From an uncultured virus (IMG/VR IMGVR_UViG_3300042295_000410) (Duplodnaviria > Heunggongvirae > Uroviricota > Caudoviricetes), in the IMG/VR virus record IMGVR_UViG_3300042295_000410: a DNA stretch of 55,440 nucleotides. The stretch is one strand, 5' to 3'. Shown here one piece after another: positions 54,275 through 55,440 of the stretch; the stretch's first letter is position 1; the number at the start of each line of letters is the position of its first letter. The notes under the pieces were generated by a model that saw nothing but the letters and a program-made list of their open reading frames with translations, did not search any database and was not told the origin of the DNA. The position numbers and the translations under genes are program-made.

Positions 54275-54676
54275 ATGAGTATATCAAACGAAAAAGGTGA
54301 AATAGGAGAAGCAGCATTTGTGCTCGTTTCTGCCAAAAGAGGATATTGGACTGGCAAAATGCCACAAGGTTGTCCTTATGATTATGTGTTAGATAGACAC
54401 GACGGTAAACTTTTACGAATTCAAGTTAAGTTTAGATCGTTAGAAAGTAACGGAATAGTTACAATTAAACTATCTCAAAACACATTTACAAATAGAGTTT
54501 CTTACAATGAAAGTAACATCGATTATATTGCAGTCTATGTAAATGAATTAGATAAAGTATATCTCGTTCCTATTGCAGAAATATGCGATGTAAAAGAAGT
54601 TAAACTGCGATGTGTAGAATCAACAAAAAGAAAAGATAAAAACTCTCGTATAATAACAGAATACGCAGAGTGGTAA
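54275..54676 (+). mobile_element. free-standing PD-(D/E)XK homing endonuclease (I-Ssp6803I-like) in tRNA array
   Basis: KGEIGE, PYDYVLD, RIQVK, Y....IDYIAVY; TATAAATA and AGGAG upstream. Confidence 0.8.
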
Positions 54677-54681
54677 TTTAT

Positions 54682-54756
54682 GGCCACGTAACTCAGAGGC
54701 AGAGTACCGTCTTGATAAGGCGGGAGTCGACATTTCGAAATTGTCCGTGGCTACCA
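54682..54756 (+). tRNA. tRNA-Ile(GAT)
   Basis: Cloverleaf, TT GAT AA, CCA; T stem lacks the G53-C61 pair. Confidence 0.88.
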
Positions 54757-54763
54757 ATTTTAT

Positions 54764-54842
54764 CTGTGTGTAATGTCAGTCAGGTCAGACGGCCGGCCTT
54801 GGAAGTCGGAGGTCGCAGGTTCGAATCCTGCCACACAGACCA
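54764..54842 (+). tRNA. tRNA-Pro(TGG), second copy with A37
   Basis: CTGTGTG/CACACAG-A-CCA; CCGGC-CT TGG AA-GTCGG. Confidence 0.85.
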
Positions 54843-54848
54843 GTTTAT

Positions 54849-54925
54849 GCATCGGTGACAGAGCGGCCAATGTAGCGGATTGCAAATCCGTCCAGTCGTG
54901 GGTTCGAGTCCCACCCGATGTTCCA
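54849..54925 (+). tRNA. tRNA-Cys(GCA)
   Basis: Cloverleaf, TT GCA AA, U73, CCA. Confidence 0.92.
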
Positions 54926-54932
54926 GTTTATT

Positions 54933-55008
54933 GCCCTTGAAGCCTTTAATGGATGAGGTCCTGTCTTGTAAGCAGGGGAAGTCGGTTCGATTCCGGACTG
55001 GGGCACCA
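54933..55008 (+). tRNA. tRNA-Thr(TGT), imperfect stems
   Basis: CCTGT-CT TGT AA-GCAGG, TTCGATT loop, CCA. Confidence 0.78.
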
Positions 55009-55015
55009 ATACAAT

Positions 55016-55091
55016 GCAACTTTAGCTGATGTGGTCATAGCGGTGGTCTGAAGAGCCATTGAAGTAGGTTCGATCCCTACAGGTTGCACCA
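55016..55091 (+). tRNA. tRNA-Phe(GAA)
   Basis: Cloverleaf, CT GAA GA, CCA. Confidence 0.92.
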
Positions 55092-55098
55092 ATTTTAT

Positions 55099-55174
55099 CC
55101 TTGAGTTAAGCGGGGCCGTATACACCCTTGCCAATAGTTAGTAATGTGTACTGCGACATACACCTCGAGGGCCA
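55099..55174 (+). ncRNA. 76-nt tRNA-like RNA without canonical D, anticodon or T loops
   Basis: CCTTGAG/CTCGAGG-G-CCA acceptor stem; GTGTA-CTGCGACA-TACAC in T-arm position. Confidence 0.6.
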
Positions 55175-55181
55175 AGTTTAT

Positions 55182-55255
55182 GCGTGGTTCGTTTAATGGT
55201 AAGATCACTGGCTTCCACCCAGTAGTTAAGGGTTCGATTCCCTTACCCCGCACCA
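55182..55255 (+). tRNA. tRNA-Gly(TCC)
   Basis: Cloverleaf, CT TCC AC, CCA; discriminator A rather than the bacterial U. Confidence 0.88.
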
Positions 55256-55258
55256 GTT

Positions 55259-55321
55259 TAGGATACTTACAGCAAACCAAAATATTTCACTTTTTGGCTG
55301 TGAAAAGCAAACAGTATCCTG
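55259..55321 (+). ncRNA. CAGCAA-box RNA copy 6
   Basis: AGGATAC/GTATCCT, TTA, CAGCAA; TTTCAC/GTGAAA hairpin. Confidence 0.7.
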
Positions 55322-55366
55322 TTTAATAGTGTTGTTAAAATACAACAAAAATAGTTGCAAAGACTA

Positions 55367-55395
55367 TTGACAAGGAGGTAAAACCTTGCTATAAT
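55367..55395 (+). promoter_or_regulatory. sigma70 promoter
   Basis: TTGACA-17-TATAAT. Confidence 0.85.
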
Positions 55396-55440
55396 TAACA
55401 CATACACTAAGCAATTAGATGTAAATGTTCTTTAAAAATT

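Noticed and set aside
54206..54682. Group I intron interrupting a tRNA
   Set aside because: Only about 30 nt before and 5 nt after the ORF; no space for a catalytic core and no matching 3' exon
53236..55326. Short ORFs over the tRNA array (53236, 54670, 54780, 54946, 55095, 55144)
   Set aside because: Translations of tRNA genes or their antisense strands
1..55440. CRISPR array or cas operon
   Set aside because: No regularly spaced identical repeats seen; the Cas4-like exonuclease at 2484 is a common stand-alone phage gene
1..55440. Stop-codon reassignment
   Set aside because: Conserved genes are full length in code 11, TAG and TGA both act as stops, and no suppressor anticodon was found

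Overview
A 55.4-kb segment of a large, T4-like/jumbo tailed phage genome. It uses the standard genetic code, is gene-dense and almost entirely + strand, and carries both sigma70-type and TAAATA late-type promoters. From left to right it holds: putative virion/head proteins, an exonuclease and a tail protein; nrdAB-iscU-iscA-grx; a circularly permuted (two-piece) tmRNA; pstS, clpX and ribosomal bS21; a DGQHR+HNH pair and three basic micropeptides; ahpC/ahpD; an NAD salvage module (NMNAT-Nudix, macro domain, NAMPT); a DUF2828 (TROVE/Ro60-like vWA) operon; ALA synthase, hsp20, clpS, heme oxygenase and a bilin reductase; a curli-like secretion cluster with a CHASE2 cyclase; a glycosyl/methyltransferase-radical SAM cassette; and a tRNA array with several non-canonical tRNAs and a homing endonuclease. 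The strongest unexplained signals are at the RNA level. (1) Six copies of a covarying 7-bp stem carry an invariant CAGCAA box: three are co-transcribed with the DUF2828 gene and three sit directly behind tRNAs. (2) A 48-codon leader ORF containing all 20 amino acids, with terminator/antiterminator geometry, precedes the tRNA array. (3) Free-standing anticodon-loop mimics and deviant tRNAs occur in the array. Together these suggest a phage system that senses and counters tRNA damage; that functional reading is inference. All family calls come from motif recognition by eye and no database searches were run.
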